Origin: Candidatus Latescibacterota bacterium
Lineage (GTDB): Bacteria; Latescibacterota; UBA2968; GCA-2709665
DNA length: 64,000 nucleotides
Direction of reading: 5' to 3'
NCBI GenBank assembly: GCA_965203805.1
Contig: OZ241917.1
Span: forward strand, 3,520,001-3,584,000
Shown here: in pieces, positions 1 to 8,625 of the stretch
Layout of the letters: every line of letters begins with the position of its first letter
Position numbering within the stretch: position 1 is the stretch's first letter
Notes under the pieces: model-generated
Seen by the model: the letters and a program-made list of their open reading frames with translations, nothing else
Databases searched by the model: none
Told to the model about the DNA's origin: nothing
Translations under genes and position numbers: made by a program

Positions 1-493
1 CCGAAGCACCGGCTGCTAACAGGTCCACTTGCGCTTCGGTCGCTTACGCTCCCTTCGGCCTGACGGCAACCCGCCCAAGAGAATCTCACTATGTTCTTCA
101 GTAGCGGAAATATCGCTTGAAGAACTTGATTAAGATATGTAGATTTGCAGCAGGTCAACAGGTGACCAATCGCAGCAGGATTGAACCGTCTTTACCATAT
201 TAAAAACAATATGATATATAATGATCCCTAAGGTCTACATCGAGACATCTATTCCCAGTTTCTATTACGAAACATGTACAGAACCTGAGATGGCTGCAAA
301 GCGGACCTGGACACGCCACTGGTGGGACGAACGGCGTTAGGGTTATGAGATTTCCGCTGAATAATTCATTTAGCGGGAATTCTGTTTCAGCGACAAAGCG
401 GGCTTACCGAACCATTTCGTTCCGATGATTGTCACATCCCGCTAACAAACTCAGATCGCAAATGCGACGGTCTGTGAGAGAAAGGATTGCCTC

Positions 494-2074
494 ATGACCG
501 AAACGGAAAAATACCTCTTCGATGTTCCACGGAGCGGGTCCATGGCGCTGATGACCGAGGAGCAGAGGTGGGCGTTCGAGCTCGACGGCTATATTCTCCT
601 CCCGAGCCTGCTCGGCGCGACGGCAGCGGCGCACGCCACACCCGCCGCTCTGGCTGAGCATCCGGACTTGCTGGCTGCGATTGACCAGCTAGCTGGCGGG
701 GAGTTACCACTGTGGCACCGCGCTGCGTACGACGGTACTGAAGGGAAGGAACAGGAGTTCCACACGATCAAGTTTGAGCTGGACCGGCCGTCGCGCCGCC
801 TGACCAAAGAGGGGCAGTGGGCCAATGATCTGACGGTGGATGAGCAGCGCCGGCTGGGCTACGACACGACCAGCCGGCCCGACCGGGTGTGCGTCTGGGG
901 GCTGCGCGCGCTGTGGGCCGTGGGCGACAGCTGCGTGGTGGTGTGCCCCGCGTCGCACAAAGCCAACGTCCAGCCGCCCCCGAGCATGGCGCGCGCGGAG
1001 GAGCTCGGGGCGACGGAGCGCGTGCAGCTCCGCGCTGGCGACTGTCTGCTCGCGGTTGCCACCACGCTGGTCGGCGCCGCCCCAGGCTCCTCGCTGCAGG
1101 AGTGCGTCTTTTGCGACGACTCCCGCTACCCTGGGGGGGCCTTCGGCCACGGCGCGACGGGTGTGGACAGCTGGCTGGATGAGCTCACGCCGGCGCGCCG
1201 AGCGCTGGTGGCCGGCCCACCACGCGGCCACGGCCACGACGGCCGGCCCCTCAGCAACGAGCAGCAGCTGGCGCCGTCGCTGCTGGACGTCAACACGCGG
1301 CCTGACGCTCCGAACCACGAGGAGGTCTGGTTCTGGGACCTGAGAGGCTACCTGGTGCTGCCTGGCGTGATGGACCGCGAGTGGTTAGCGCAGTGCAATG
1401 CAGCGCTCGACTCGCCCTTCGCCGAAGCCAACCGTCGGCCGGTGGCCTTTTCGAGCAGTGTCGTGGGCGAGTACCCGGACTACGAGGGCTGTTCGCAGAC
1501 TATTGCCCCGGCCCCGGGCACGCGCTGCACCGAAGAGCGCGTCTCGCAGACCTGGACCCATCCCCCACCCTTCAGCGACGGCTTTCGACGCATGATCGAC
1601 AATCCGCTCGTGAACGCGCGGCTGAAGTGGATGATCGACCCGGGCTTCGTCATGACGACTTGCTACACCATCGTCAGCCGCGACGGGGCGGCCGGCCAGC
1701 CCCTGCATGGCGGCTGGTTTTACGGCGCCGGCCATACCTATCATTTCCGGGACGGACAGCCTCGTACGGAGCAGGTGAACATCGGCTGGCTGCTCCAAGA
1801 CGTCGAGACGGCGACGGGCGACGGCGGACTGATGTTGGTCCCCGGAAGCCACAAAGCGCGGCTACCGCTGCCGCGCCCGAAGCAAACCAGTTGCGATCTG
1901 CCGCAGGTCAAGCATATGCAGGGGGTTGCCGGGACGGTGATCATGTACACGGGCACGACGACGCACGGCGTGCGCAGTTGGCGCAACCCCAATCGCGAGC
2001 GGCGCTTCGTCAACACCAAAGCGGGACCCAATATACGGCGGCCGGAGCGCGAGGCGGCGCAACCGAGCCCCTGA
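494..2074 (+). CDS. Tandem two-domain phytanoyl-CoA dioxygenase (PhyH)-family Fe(II)/2-oxoglutarate enzyme
   Basis: 526-aa ORF; AAAGGA RBS at 481-486; two PhyH-type starts (WAFELDGYILL, WFWDLRGYLVLPGV); CPASHK and VPGSHK motifs; LHGG, distal THG, RR. Alternative starts at 542/551. Confidence 0.85.
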   Translation: MTETEKYLFDVPRSGSMALMTEEQRWAFELDGYILLPSLLGATAAAHATPAALAEHPDLLAAIDQLAGGELPLWHRAAYDGTEGKEQEFHTIKFELDRPSRRLTKEGQWANDLTVDEQRRLGYDTTSRPDRVCVWGLRALWAVGDSCVVVCPASHKANVQPPPSMARAEELGATERVQLRAGDCLLAVATTLVGAAPGSSLQECVFCDDSRYPGGAFGHGATGVDSWLDELTPARRALVAGPPRGHGHDGRPLSNEQQLAPSLLDVNTRPDAPNHEEVWFWDLRGYLVLPGVMDREWLAQCNAALDSPFAEANRRPVAFSSSVVGEYPDYEGCSQTIAPAPGTRCTEERVSQTWTHPPPFSDGFRRMIDNPLVNARLKWMIDPGFVMTTCYTIVSRDGAAGQPLHGGWFYGAGHTYHFRDGQPRTEQVNIGWLLQDVETATGDGGLMLVPGSHKARLPLPRPKQTSCDLPQVKHMQGVAGTVIMYTGTTTHGVRSWRNPNRERRFVNTKAGPNIRRPEREAAQPSP

Positions 2075-2120
2075 TGACCTCTGGCATTTTTTCGTGGTTC
2101 CTGCCGAAGGATAGAGAAAA

Positions 2121-2972
2121 GTGATACAAGTACTGCCCACCGAAACGCGATTCGTTGAAATTCATCACCTGGATTGGGATCTGACGTGGTCCATCCAGTT
2201 TCCGGAAGTCATCACCTCGATGAACGGTGTGACGATGATGTGGCAGAAGATCCGTCCTCGATGGACCAGGACGGGAGACAATGCATGGGAATACGAATGG
2301 GAGACGACGCCTGAGTACATCAAGGAGCAGTTGGCATACCGTCAAAACGATCCCTCAGGGAATGTCATTCGTCACAACTTCATCACAGGTCTTTCTCTCA
2401 GAGCAGCCTTGTCCGGACTCGAGGACAGCGTGGAATTGACGTTGACCCTCACGAATCAGTCATCCGCGAAGTTTTATGACGTCGCTTCCGATGGTGGATG
2501 TCTCCAGGCAAAGTCATCCGATTTCATCGATCAGGATGAAGTCAGACGATCCTACATCCTGGTGAACGGTAAGCCGGAGAGCATGGGCGATCTTTACAGA
2601 ACCCTGGATATTCGGACCGCGTATCATGCAGACCTTGCGGACTACGAAAAAGAATGGGTCAACAGGTCAGCGTGGTTCTGGGGAAGAAGCAACACGGCTA
2701 TCGACCGGCCGGCCATCCTGGGCGCCGTTTCTCATGACAGGTCCAGGGCAATCGCGTTGGGATATGAGTGTGCAACTTCGGCGCTTCAGAACGCTGACGG
2801 TCACCATTGCCTGCATAGCAGACCTCATTTTGGTGATCTTGCACCGGGGCAGTCGGTGACTCGGAAAGGCTGCATCCTGTTCGGCAGCGCGTTCTCTGCG
2901 CTGGCAATGCGACTCCGAAAACAACTCAACAGACCGGACACGTCTAGCCTGGATGATTCCAAAATAAGTTAG
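2121..2972 (+). CDS. Hypothetical protein
   Basis: 283-aa GTG-start ORF preceded by AAGGA; globular composition; no family recognised. Confidence 0.7.
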   Translation: MIQVLPTETRFVEIHHLDWDLTWSIQFPEVITSMNGVTMMWQKIRPRWTRTGDNAWEYEWETTPEYIKEQLAYRQNDPSGNVIRHNFITGLSLRAALSGLEDSVELTLTLTNQSSAKFYDVASDGGCLQAKSSDFIDQDEVRRSYILVNGKPESMGDLYRTLDIRTAYHADLADYEKEWVNRSAWFWGRSNTAIDRPAILGAVSHDRSRAIALGYECATSALQNADGHHCLHSRPHFGDLAPGQSVTRKGCILFGSAFSALAMRLRKQLNRPDTSSLDDSKIS

Positions 2973-2990
2973 TTTCCGTACCCAAGTCAT
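2971..2990 (+). repeat. 20-bp direct repeat, copy 1, left of hicBA
   Basis: AGTTTCCGTACCCAAGTCAT vs AGTTTCCTTACCCAAACCAT at 3476-3495 (17/20 identical). Confidence 0.55.
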
Positions 2991-3056
2991 AAAGCTAACC
3001 TATTCCGACGCATTTTAAGCGGCAAAGCTCGGATATGGATTTCTAGAGCGTTGTAT

Positions 3057-3272
3057 ATGAGAAATGAATTCACGGCAGTGATCGAACACGACGACGAATG
3101 GGTAATTGCCTATTGCCCTGAGATCACCGGCGCCAACGGACAGGGCAAGACCAGGGAAGAAGCCGTTGCAAGCCTGCGGGATGCGATATCGCTTATCCTT
3201 AAGGATCGTCGGGAGGATGGACTTCGCGCGGTTCCTGCAGAAGCGGAACGTGAAATTATCGTGGTCGAATGA
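3057..3272 (+). CDS. hicB: HicB-family antitoxin
   Basis: FTAVIE..WVIAYCPEITGANGQGKTREEAVASLRDAI is the typical HicB-like fold; overlaps hicA at ATGA. Confidence 0.9.
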   Translation: MRNEFTAVIEHDDEWVIAYCPEITGANGQGKTREEAVASLRDAISLILKDRREDGLRAVPAEAEREIIVVE

Positions 3273-3457
3273 AACGCCATGCGTTGCTAAAGCACTTGCG
3301 TCTTCACGGTTGCCATCTCAAGCGCGAAGGGCGCTCTCACTCACTTTGGATAAATCCTGCCTCGGGAGCGGTTGAGACGGTGCCGCGGCATGTCGAGATT
3401 CCAAACCATCTTGCACGTAAGATCTGCAAAGAGCCTGGGGTAGCAGATATCGTCTGA
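3269..3457 (+). CDS. hicA: HicA-family toxin
   Basis: MKRHALLKHL..GC.LKREGRSHSLW.NP..VPRH.EI..LARKICK HicA pattern. Confidence 0.9.
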   Translation: MKRHALLKHLRLHGCHLKREGRSHSLWINPASGAVETVPRHVEIPNHLARKICKEPGVADIV

Positions 3458-3475
3458 ATAATTCACAGAAAAGGC

Positions 3476-3495
3476 AGTTTCCTTACCCAAACCAT
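3476..3495 (+). repeat. 20-bp direct repeat, copy 2, right of hicBA
   Basis: Matches 2971-2990. Confidence 0.55.
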
Positions 3496-3762
3496 TGTAT
3501 TATATTATGGTTACGCGAATAACCTGATAACAATGAACGGGGAGGAAACTACCGTAGCAGGTCAAGACAAACAATATACGATGTCTATTGCAAGTGTTTC
3601 CGGCAAACGGGTAGAAGCCGCCAACGCACTTGCCACGGCCTTCCTTTGTAGGTATAATTGCGAGTGCCAACGGTTCTACTAATCTCAGGATGGCGAGTGT
3701 TCTTTGGCTGCGGTTTAGTAAACCGCTGAAATTCTCATTCGTGGTGAGGAAGCCGCCACCAG

Positions 3763-4035
3763 ATGGATTTTGAATGGGATCCGGAAAAAGCAGAAGCCAA
3801 CGAACTGAAACATGATCTCAGTTTTCCGGAGGGGGCCAGTGTCTTCGGCGACCCTCTGGCGATAACTTTCCCGGACCCGGATCATTCAGTGGATGAAGGA
3901 CGGCACCTTACTTTTGGTCTCTCGAGACTGGGTCGATACGTAGTTATCTCGCATACACAACGGACTGGAAAGACGAGAATAATAAGTGCGCGTTTAATGA
4001 CGCGTCGGGAAAGGAGAATCTATGAAGAGGGCTGA
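3763..4035 (+). CDS. brnT: BrnT-family toxin (DUF497)
   Basis: FEWDPEKAEANELKHDLSF..D..HS..E.R..RIISAR..RRERRIYE signature. Confidence 0.92.
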   Translation: MDFEWDPEKAEANELKHDLSFPEGASVFGDPLAITFPDPDHSVDEGRHLTFGLSRLGRYVVISHTQRTGKTRIISARLMTRRERRIYEEG

Positions 4036-4249
4036 ACCGGACGAACTGCGACCGGAATATCGCCGTGGAGATCTCGGTCCTGGCGTCCGGGGCAAGTATC
4101 TTGAGTCTTTTCGATGCGGAACAAATCTCGTCTTACTCGAGCCGGACATTGCCAGGGCATTTCCCACCGAGGAGGCCGTAAATAACGCACTTCGGTCATT
4201 TATGGAAGAGGCCAGAGAACCGACAGACTCAAGGAAAGGCGCCAGTTGA
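4022..4249 (+). CDS. BrnA-like antitoxin
   Basis: Overlaps the brnT end; DELRPEY..GVRGKY..V.LEPDIA.AFP..EAVN.ALR pattern typical of BrnT partners. Confidence 0.8.
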   Translation: MKRAEPDELRPEYRRGDLGPGVRGKYLESFRCGTNLVLLEPDIARAFPTEEAVNNALRSFMEEAREPTDSRKGAS

Positions 4250-4311
4250 ATAGTGCAATACAATATTCTTGATGTTATCGCAGTAACGGTTGGGCTAGTG
4301 TCCATTCCAGC

Positions 4312-4422
4312 GAGGTATCACCGTCCGGATACGGCGTTCACTGGCCGTTGATCGATGAAGACCTGTCTATCGACGGATTGCTTGGAATAACTCACGGAAA
4401 GAAAATGGTCAAATTCGTCTAA
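4312..4422 (+). pseudogene. DUF2442-family protein, C-terminal remnant
   Basis: Manual translation EVSPSGYGVHWPLIDEDLSIDGLLGITHGKKMVKFV*; in-frame TGA at 4270 and no N-terminal half. Confidence 0.75.
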
Positions 4423-4639
4423 CGGATGCGGCACATGACTGGCGATGGATTGTTTTAGCGTAAAGAAGGCAGGAAACGCTTCAAAACAAAGTTCTTGATG
4501 AAATGGAATCAGCGTCGTATATTTCGAATGCGCAGACAACGGGTCGCCTACGTCCCGTCGACGCAAATTTCGCAAAAACGGCCATCCAAGTGGAGGACTT
4601 TCCGGATTTAGATAATCCGACATTGCCACAGAAATTCCG

Positions 4640-4788
4640 GATTCAGGTTACAAAACAGGGAAAACGGTGAAAATCCGTTGCGGTCCCGCCGCTGTAACTG
4701 GGGATGTTTCTCGCAACGACGCCACTGGTTAGCTACCGGGAAGGCGCGGGAAACAGGTGATCCAGGAGCCAGAAGACCTGCCTGAATC
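4640..4788 (+). ncRNA. Cobalamin (AdoCbl) riboswitch
   Basis: AGGGAA-ACGGTGAAAATCCGT-GCGGTCCCGCCGCTGTAA, GCCACTG..GGGAAGGC and B12 box AGCCAGAAGACCTGCC; closing stem GATTCAGG/CCTGAATC; lies upstream of btuF-btuB. Confidence 0.96.
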
Positions 4789-4865
4789 TTAAACCATATA
4801 TTTTTCCTCGTGGATTTGGGAAAAGGTGACATGAACGCGTGCTTTGGCCGCGTGGTTGGTTATGA

Positions 4866-4898
4866 CCCTGATTTCCGCAAGGAAGTCGGGGATTTTTT
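4866..4898 (+). terminator. Intrinsic terminator, probable riboswitch expression platform
   Basis: 11-bp stem CCCTGATTTCC/GGAAGTCGGGG with GCAA loop followed by ATTTTTT, between riboswitch and btuF. Confidence 0.8.
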
Positions 4899-5183
4899 GT
4901 GCAAAGCTGTCAGCAGTCAGCCTTCAGCAGTCAGCTTGAATCAAAAGCAACCTCTTCCCCGCAACCCCTCTACCCCGGGTGAAACGGGAGACGATGTGAG
5001 TGCCCGGTCGATTTTTTGGCCGTAACAAAATGGCTGAAGAATCGGCACGGGTTGCTGCTAGACGCGTTTTGTCGATCTCAGGGTAATGGTCGATGAGATT
5101 CATCATCGTGTATTGCATTCCACTTCCCGTGCGGCGCGAGTCGAAGCGGCGATTTGGTACCGGAGGGCAATCTCTTGTCGAGA

Positions 5184-6299
5184 ATGAGAAAATGGACACG
5201 CACGCTCTGTTTGGTCGGAACCTGGTGTGCATGGATACCCGTCTGCGCGGAAGTGTCACTGCAATATGCGGAGGGGTTTCGCGTTGACTATTTCGACGGG
5301 TACAAGGTCGCGACCGTCCTGGCGCCGGGGACGGGCGCCAGGGATACGCTTCGGTACGTCCTGGTATCGCGCGACGGAAAATCTCCGGATGGCTATGAAG
5401 GGGCGCCGAGGATACGGATTCCCGTGCGGTCGCTGATTACCACCTCCACAACGCACCTGCCGCATATCGAAAAACTCGGTGAGATTCAAAGCCTCGTTGC
5501 GGTGGACAACGTCAAATTCGTCAACTCGGAGGCCGTCAGACAGCGGTTCGCGGCAGGGAAAATAGCGGAAGTCGGCCGGGGAAGGTCCATCGATATGGAG
5601 CGGGTTCTCGTTCTCCGGCCCGAACTCGTCATCATCGACGCGGCGTCGCAGGACAACGCATTCCATTCGCTTCAGCAGGCGGGCGTGGCCGCCGTCGTGA
5701 ATGCCGCCTATGCCGAACCGACGCTGTTGGGACGGGTGGAATGGCTGAAGTTCATGGGCGCCTTCTTCGACAAGGAAGCAATGGCCGCCGCGCAATTCGA
5801 CAGTATCGCGGCCAGGTACAACGCGCTCGGATCGTTGACCGGGAATGTGCCGCGCCAAGAGAAACCGACCGTTTTCGTGGGATCCCTGTGGCGCGGGACG
5901 TGGTTTATGTCCGGCGGCAAGTCCTATCCCGCGCAATTGCTCGAGGACGCCGGCGCGAATTACCTGTGGGGAGACAATGAATCGCGACGGAGTTTGTCGC
6001 TGGACTTCGAAGCGGTTTACGAAATGGCGCACAATGGCGATTTCTGGATCACCATGAGAAACGAATGGCTATCCATAGACAACGTCGTCGCGGAAGATGA
6101 ACGATACGGGCAATTCAAGGCGGTCAGAACGGGGAACGTCTTCAACGCCAACGCGAGGCTCAACGCAAATGGCGGCAATGATTATTGGGAAACCGGCCTG
6201 ATCGAGCCGGACGTTCTTCTGGCCGACATTATTAAGATCCTGCATCCCGACCTGCTGCCCGATCACCAGCTCAAATATTATCGAAAGCTCGATCCGTAG
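5184..6299 (+). CDS. btuF: Cobalamin ABC transporter substrate-binding protein (BtuF-like)
   Basis: Signal peptide; TSTTHL, EPTLLGRVEWLKF, GGNDYWE..PD.LLAD motifs; first gene after the B12 riboswitch. Confidence 0.88.
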   Translation: MRKWTRTLCLVGTWCAWIPVCAEVSLQYAEGFRVDYFDGYKVATVLAPGTGARDTLRYVLVSRDGKSPDGYEGAPRIRIPVRSLITTSTTHLPHIEKLGEIQSLVAVDNVKFVNSEAVRQRFAAGKIAEVGRGRSIDMERVLVLRPELVIIDAASQDNAFHSLQQAGVAAVVNAAYAEPTLLGRVEWLKFMGAFFDKEAMAAAQFDSIAARYNALGSLTGNVPRQEKPTVFVGSLWRGTWFMSGGKSYPAQLLEDAGANYLWGDNESRRSLSLDFEAVYEMAHNGDFWITMRNEWLSIDNVVAEDERYGQFKAVRTGNVFNANARLNANGGNDYWETGLIEPDVLLADIIKILHPDLLPDHQLKYYRKLDP

Positions 6300-6302
6300 C
6301 CA

Positions 6303-8498
6303 ATGCGAACGATACGAACCCTGATAATCCTGATCCTCTGCGCAAGTACGCCGCTTCAGGCGGCGGAGATTGCGGGCCGCGTCGTCGATGCGGACACGCA
6401 GATGCCCGTTGCCGATGCGCGCGTTCGTGTTCTCAACACCGACCTCGCGACAATGACGGATGACCGCGGTCAATTTCTCATTCGCGACCTCTCGGCCGGC
6501 GTCTATACGCTCGCCATCACGCACATCGCGTATCGGTCCGCGCAACGCACGGTCCACGTGAGTGAAGAGACGCACGTTGCCGTCGAGCTGTCGTCCCGGA
6601 CGTTTCCCCTCCATGAGTTCCCGGTGATCGCCGATCCGATGGGACCCGGCGACATACACAGAAGTCCGGCCTATGCCACCGTGATTACGCGCGAGAGTTT
6701 CGAAGGCAGAGAGACGACCCTTCCGGACGTCCTGGCCGAGGCCACGGGTGTGCAAGTCAAGCGCCTGGGCGGGTTGGGCGCATTCAGCACGCTGTCTTTG
6801 CGGGGTTCATCGGCCGACCAGGTCGAAGTGTATCTCGACGGTATCCTGCTGAACGCGGCCTTCGGAGGGGGCGTGGACCTCGGCAACCTGCCGCTCGCGC
6901 ACGTCGGGCAGATTGAAGTATATCGAGGCGCGGGCGCCCGGGGCAACGGCCTGGGCGGGGCGGTGCACGTACGCACGCGACCCACGCATGCGCAATGGCG
7001 GCATGACGTTCGCGGTTCGTGGGGGGCTTTCGACACCCGGTTGATGAGCGGCATGATCGCGGGCGGGCTCGGGCGGTCGGAGTTTCTTGCCGTGGCCGAC
7101 TATGCGCAAAGCGACAACGATTTCGGATTTCTGGACGACAATGGAACCGAATACAATGCCGATGACGACGTCTGGGCCAGGCGCCGGAACAACCACCACC
7201 GGTCCCTCAATCTGCTGGGCAAATGGCGACGCGCGCTCGGGGAGAACAGCGACCTGTCCCTCCACGAGACCATGTACTGGAAGGACCAGGGCATGCCCGG
7301 CATCAGTAACAATCAATCGCGGAATGCACGGTTGGGCGCTTTCCGAACGATGACTGAAATCACATACGAGAATCGGGCGCTCGCGCGAGGCATGGGTACG
7401 CGCCAGTCGTTTTACGTCACGCACACCAGGGAGCGATTCCGCGATCCCGATGGCGAAGTGGGAGTTGGCAGGCAGGACAACGACTATCGCACCCGCACCT
7501 ACGGGTGGAGGGGCCGCATCAGAACCGTTCTGCTGTCCCGATGCGATGTCTCGGCGGCGACCAGCGTCCGCAGAGAGTCCTACGTCCCGACAACGCGCAT
7601 CCGCAGCATCGCGAATTTCTTCGACAGCCGGCGATGGGTCTCTTCCGCGCGTGCGGGCGTTGATATCTCCCTGCCTGGGAAATCCGGAGTGTGGTCCCTG
7701 AGCGCAGAACATCGGCACATCCGCAGTTCGTATACGGGAGCCAATCCATTCGACTTTTCGCCACTTGCGCCCGATTCGGCGAATACCCGCAATCTCACGA
7801 GCGTGCGTACGGGTGTGCGACTGGATCTGACTTCCCGCCTTGCATTCAAGGCCAATGCGGGGCGCGTATTCCGGATTCCCTCGTTCTTCGAGCTCTTCGG
7901 CGACCGCGGCGGTGTGGTGGGCAACGTCAATCTCCGGCCGGAATGCGGTCTTGCGTTTGACGGAGGCCTGCGGTGGTCGGGCGGGCCGACCTCGTTGGAG
8001 TTCGCGGTTTTCGATCACCGCTATGAAGACCTGATCCAGTTTGTCCACACGTCGCAAGCCACGTCCCGGCCCGTCAACATCGGCAGCGCCCGGGTGTACG
8101 GGATCGAAATATCCGCGCAAAGGCGCCTCGGCCGCTACGTCAACCTATCCGGAAATTACACGTATCAAAATGCCAGAAACCGATCGGAAATCCCGTATCT
8201 CACCGGCAACGTACTGCCCAATCGACCGCCCCACGCGCTGTTTGCCCGCGCGACGGCGCAACTGGGACGCTTTACCGCCGCGTATGACTACAGCCTGGAG
8301 GACGGGAGCTTTCTCGATCAGTCGAACCGGCGCCCTCTTTCGTCGCGCCACATTCACAACGCCGGCGTGAAGTTGAATACCGGGCGGCGGTTCCAAATCG
8401 GAATGGAGGCCAAGAACATATTCGGCGCCCAAATCGCCGATACATGGGGCTATCCGTTACCCGGGCGCGCGTTTTTCGTGAGCGTGAATACGGAATAG
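6303..8498 (+). CDS. btuB: TonB-dependent receptor (BtuB-like) with N-terminal CarboxypepD_reg-like domain
   Basis: Signal peptide; plug motifs (SLRGSSADQVEVYLDG, IEVYRG); C-terminal GYPLPGRAFFVSV; B12 riboswitch context. Confidence 0.85.
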   Translation: MRTIRTLIILILCASTPLQAAEIAGRVVDADTQMPVADARVRVLNTDLATMTDDRGQFLIRDLSAGVYTLAITHIAYRSAQRTVHVSEETHVAVELSSRTFPLHEFPVIADPMGPGDIHRSPAYATVITRESFEGRETTLPDVLAEATGVQVKRLGGLGAFSTLSLRGSSADQVEVYLDGILLNAAFGGGVDLGNLPLAHVGQIEVYRGAGARGNGLGGAVHVRTRPTHAQWRHDVRGSWGAFDTRLMSGMIAGGLGRSEFLAVADYAQSDNDFGFLDDNGTEYNADDDVWARRRNNHHRSLNLLGKWRRALGENSDLSLHETMYWKDQGMPGISNNQSRNARLGAFRTMTEITYENRALARGMGTRQSFYVTHTRERFRDPDGEVGVGRQDNDYRTRTYGWRGRIRTVLLSRCDVSAATSVRRESYVPTTRIRSIANFFDSRRWVSSARAGVDISLPGKSGVWSLSAEHRHIRSSYTGANPFDFSPLAPDSANTRNLTSVRTGVRLDLTSRLAFKANAGRVFRIPSFFELFGDRGGVVGNVNLRPECGLAFDGGLRWSGGPTSLEFAVFDHRYEDLIQFVHTSQATSRPVNIGSARVYGIEISAQRRLGRYVNLSGNYTYQNARNRSEIPYLTGNVLPNRPPHALFARATAQLGRFTAAYDYSLEDGSFLDQSNRRPLSSRHIHNAGVKLNTGRRFQIGMEAKNIFGAQIADTWGYPLPGRAFFVSVNTE

Positions 8499-8625
8499 GA
8501 AACCGGGACCCGGCGAGCGCAGGATCGGAAGGCGCATCCCTCGCTATTCGTCCGAAGCGCTCTTGATTCGTGAAAGATGAGACCAAGGCAGCAGTTCTTT
8601 ACACATTTCCCGACGGGAGGTTTGA

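Noticed and set aside
1-345. Integron attC-like fragments (GCTAAC.., GGCTGCAAAGCGGAC..GGCGTTAGG) near the TA cassettes
   Set aside because: No complementary R''/R' pair or full stem could be built, and there is no integrase in the window.
3476-3520. dif/pdif site flanking the TA module
   Set aside because: Does not fit the 11-6-11 XerC/XerD consensus.
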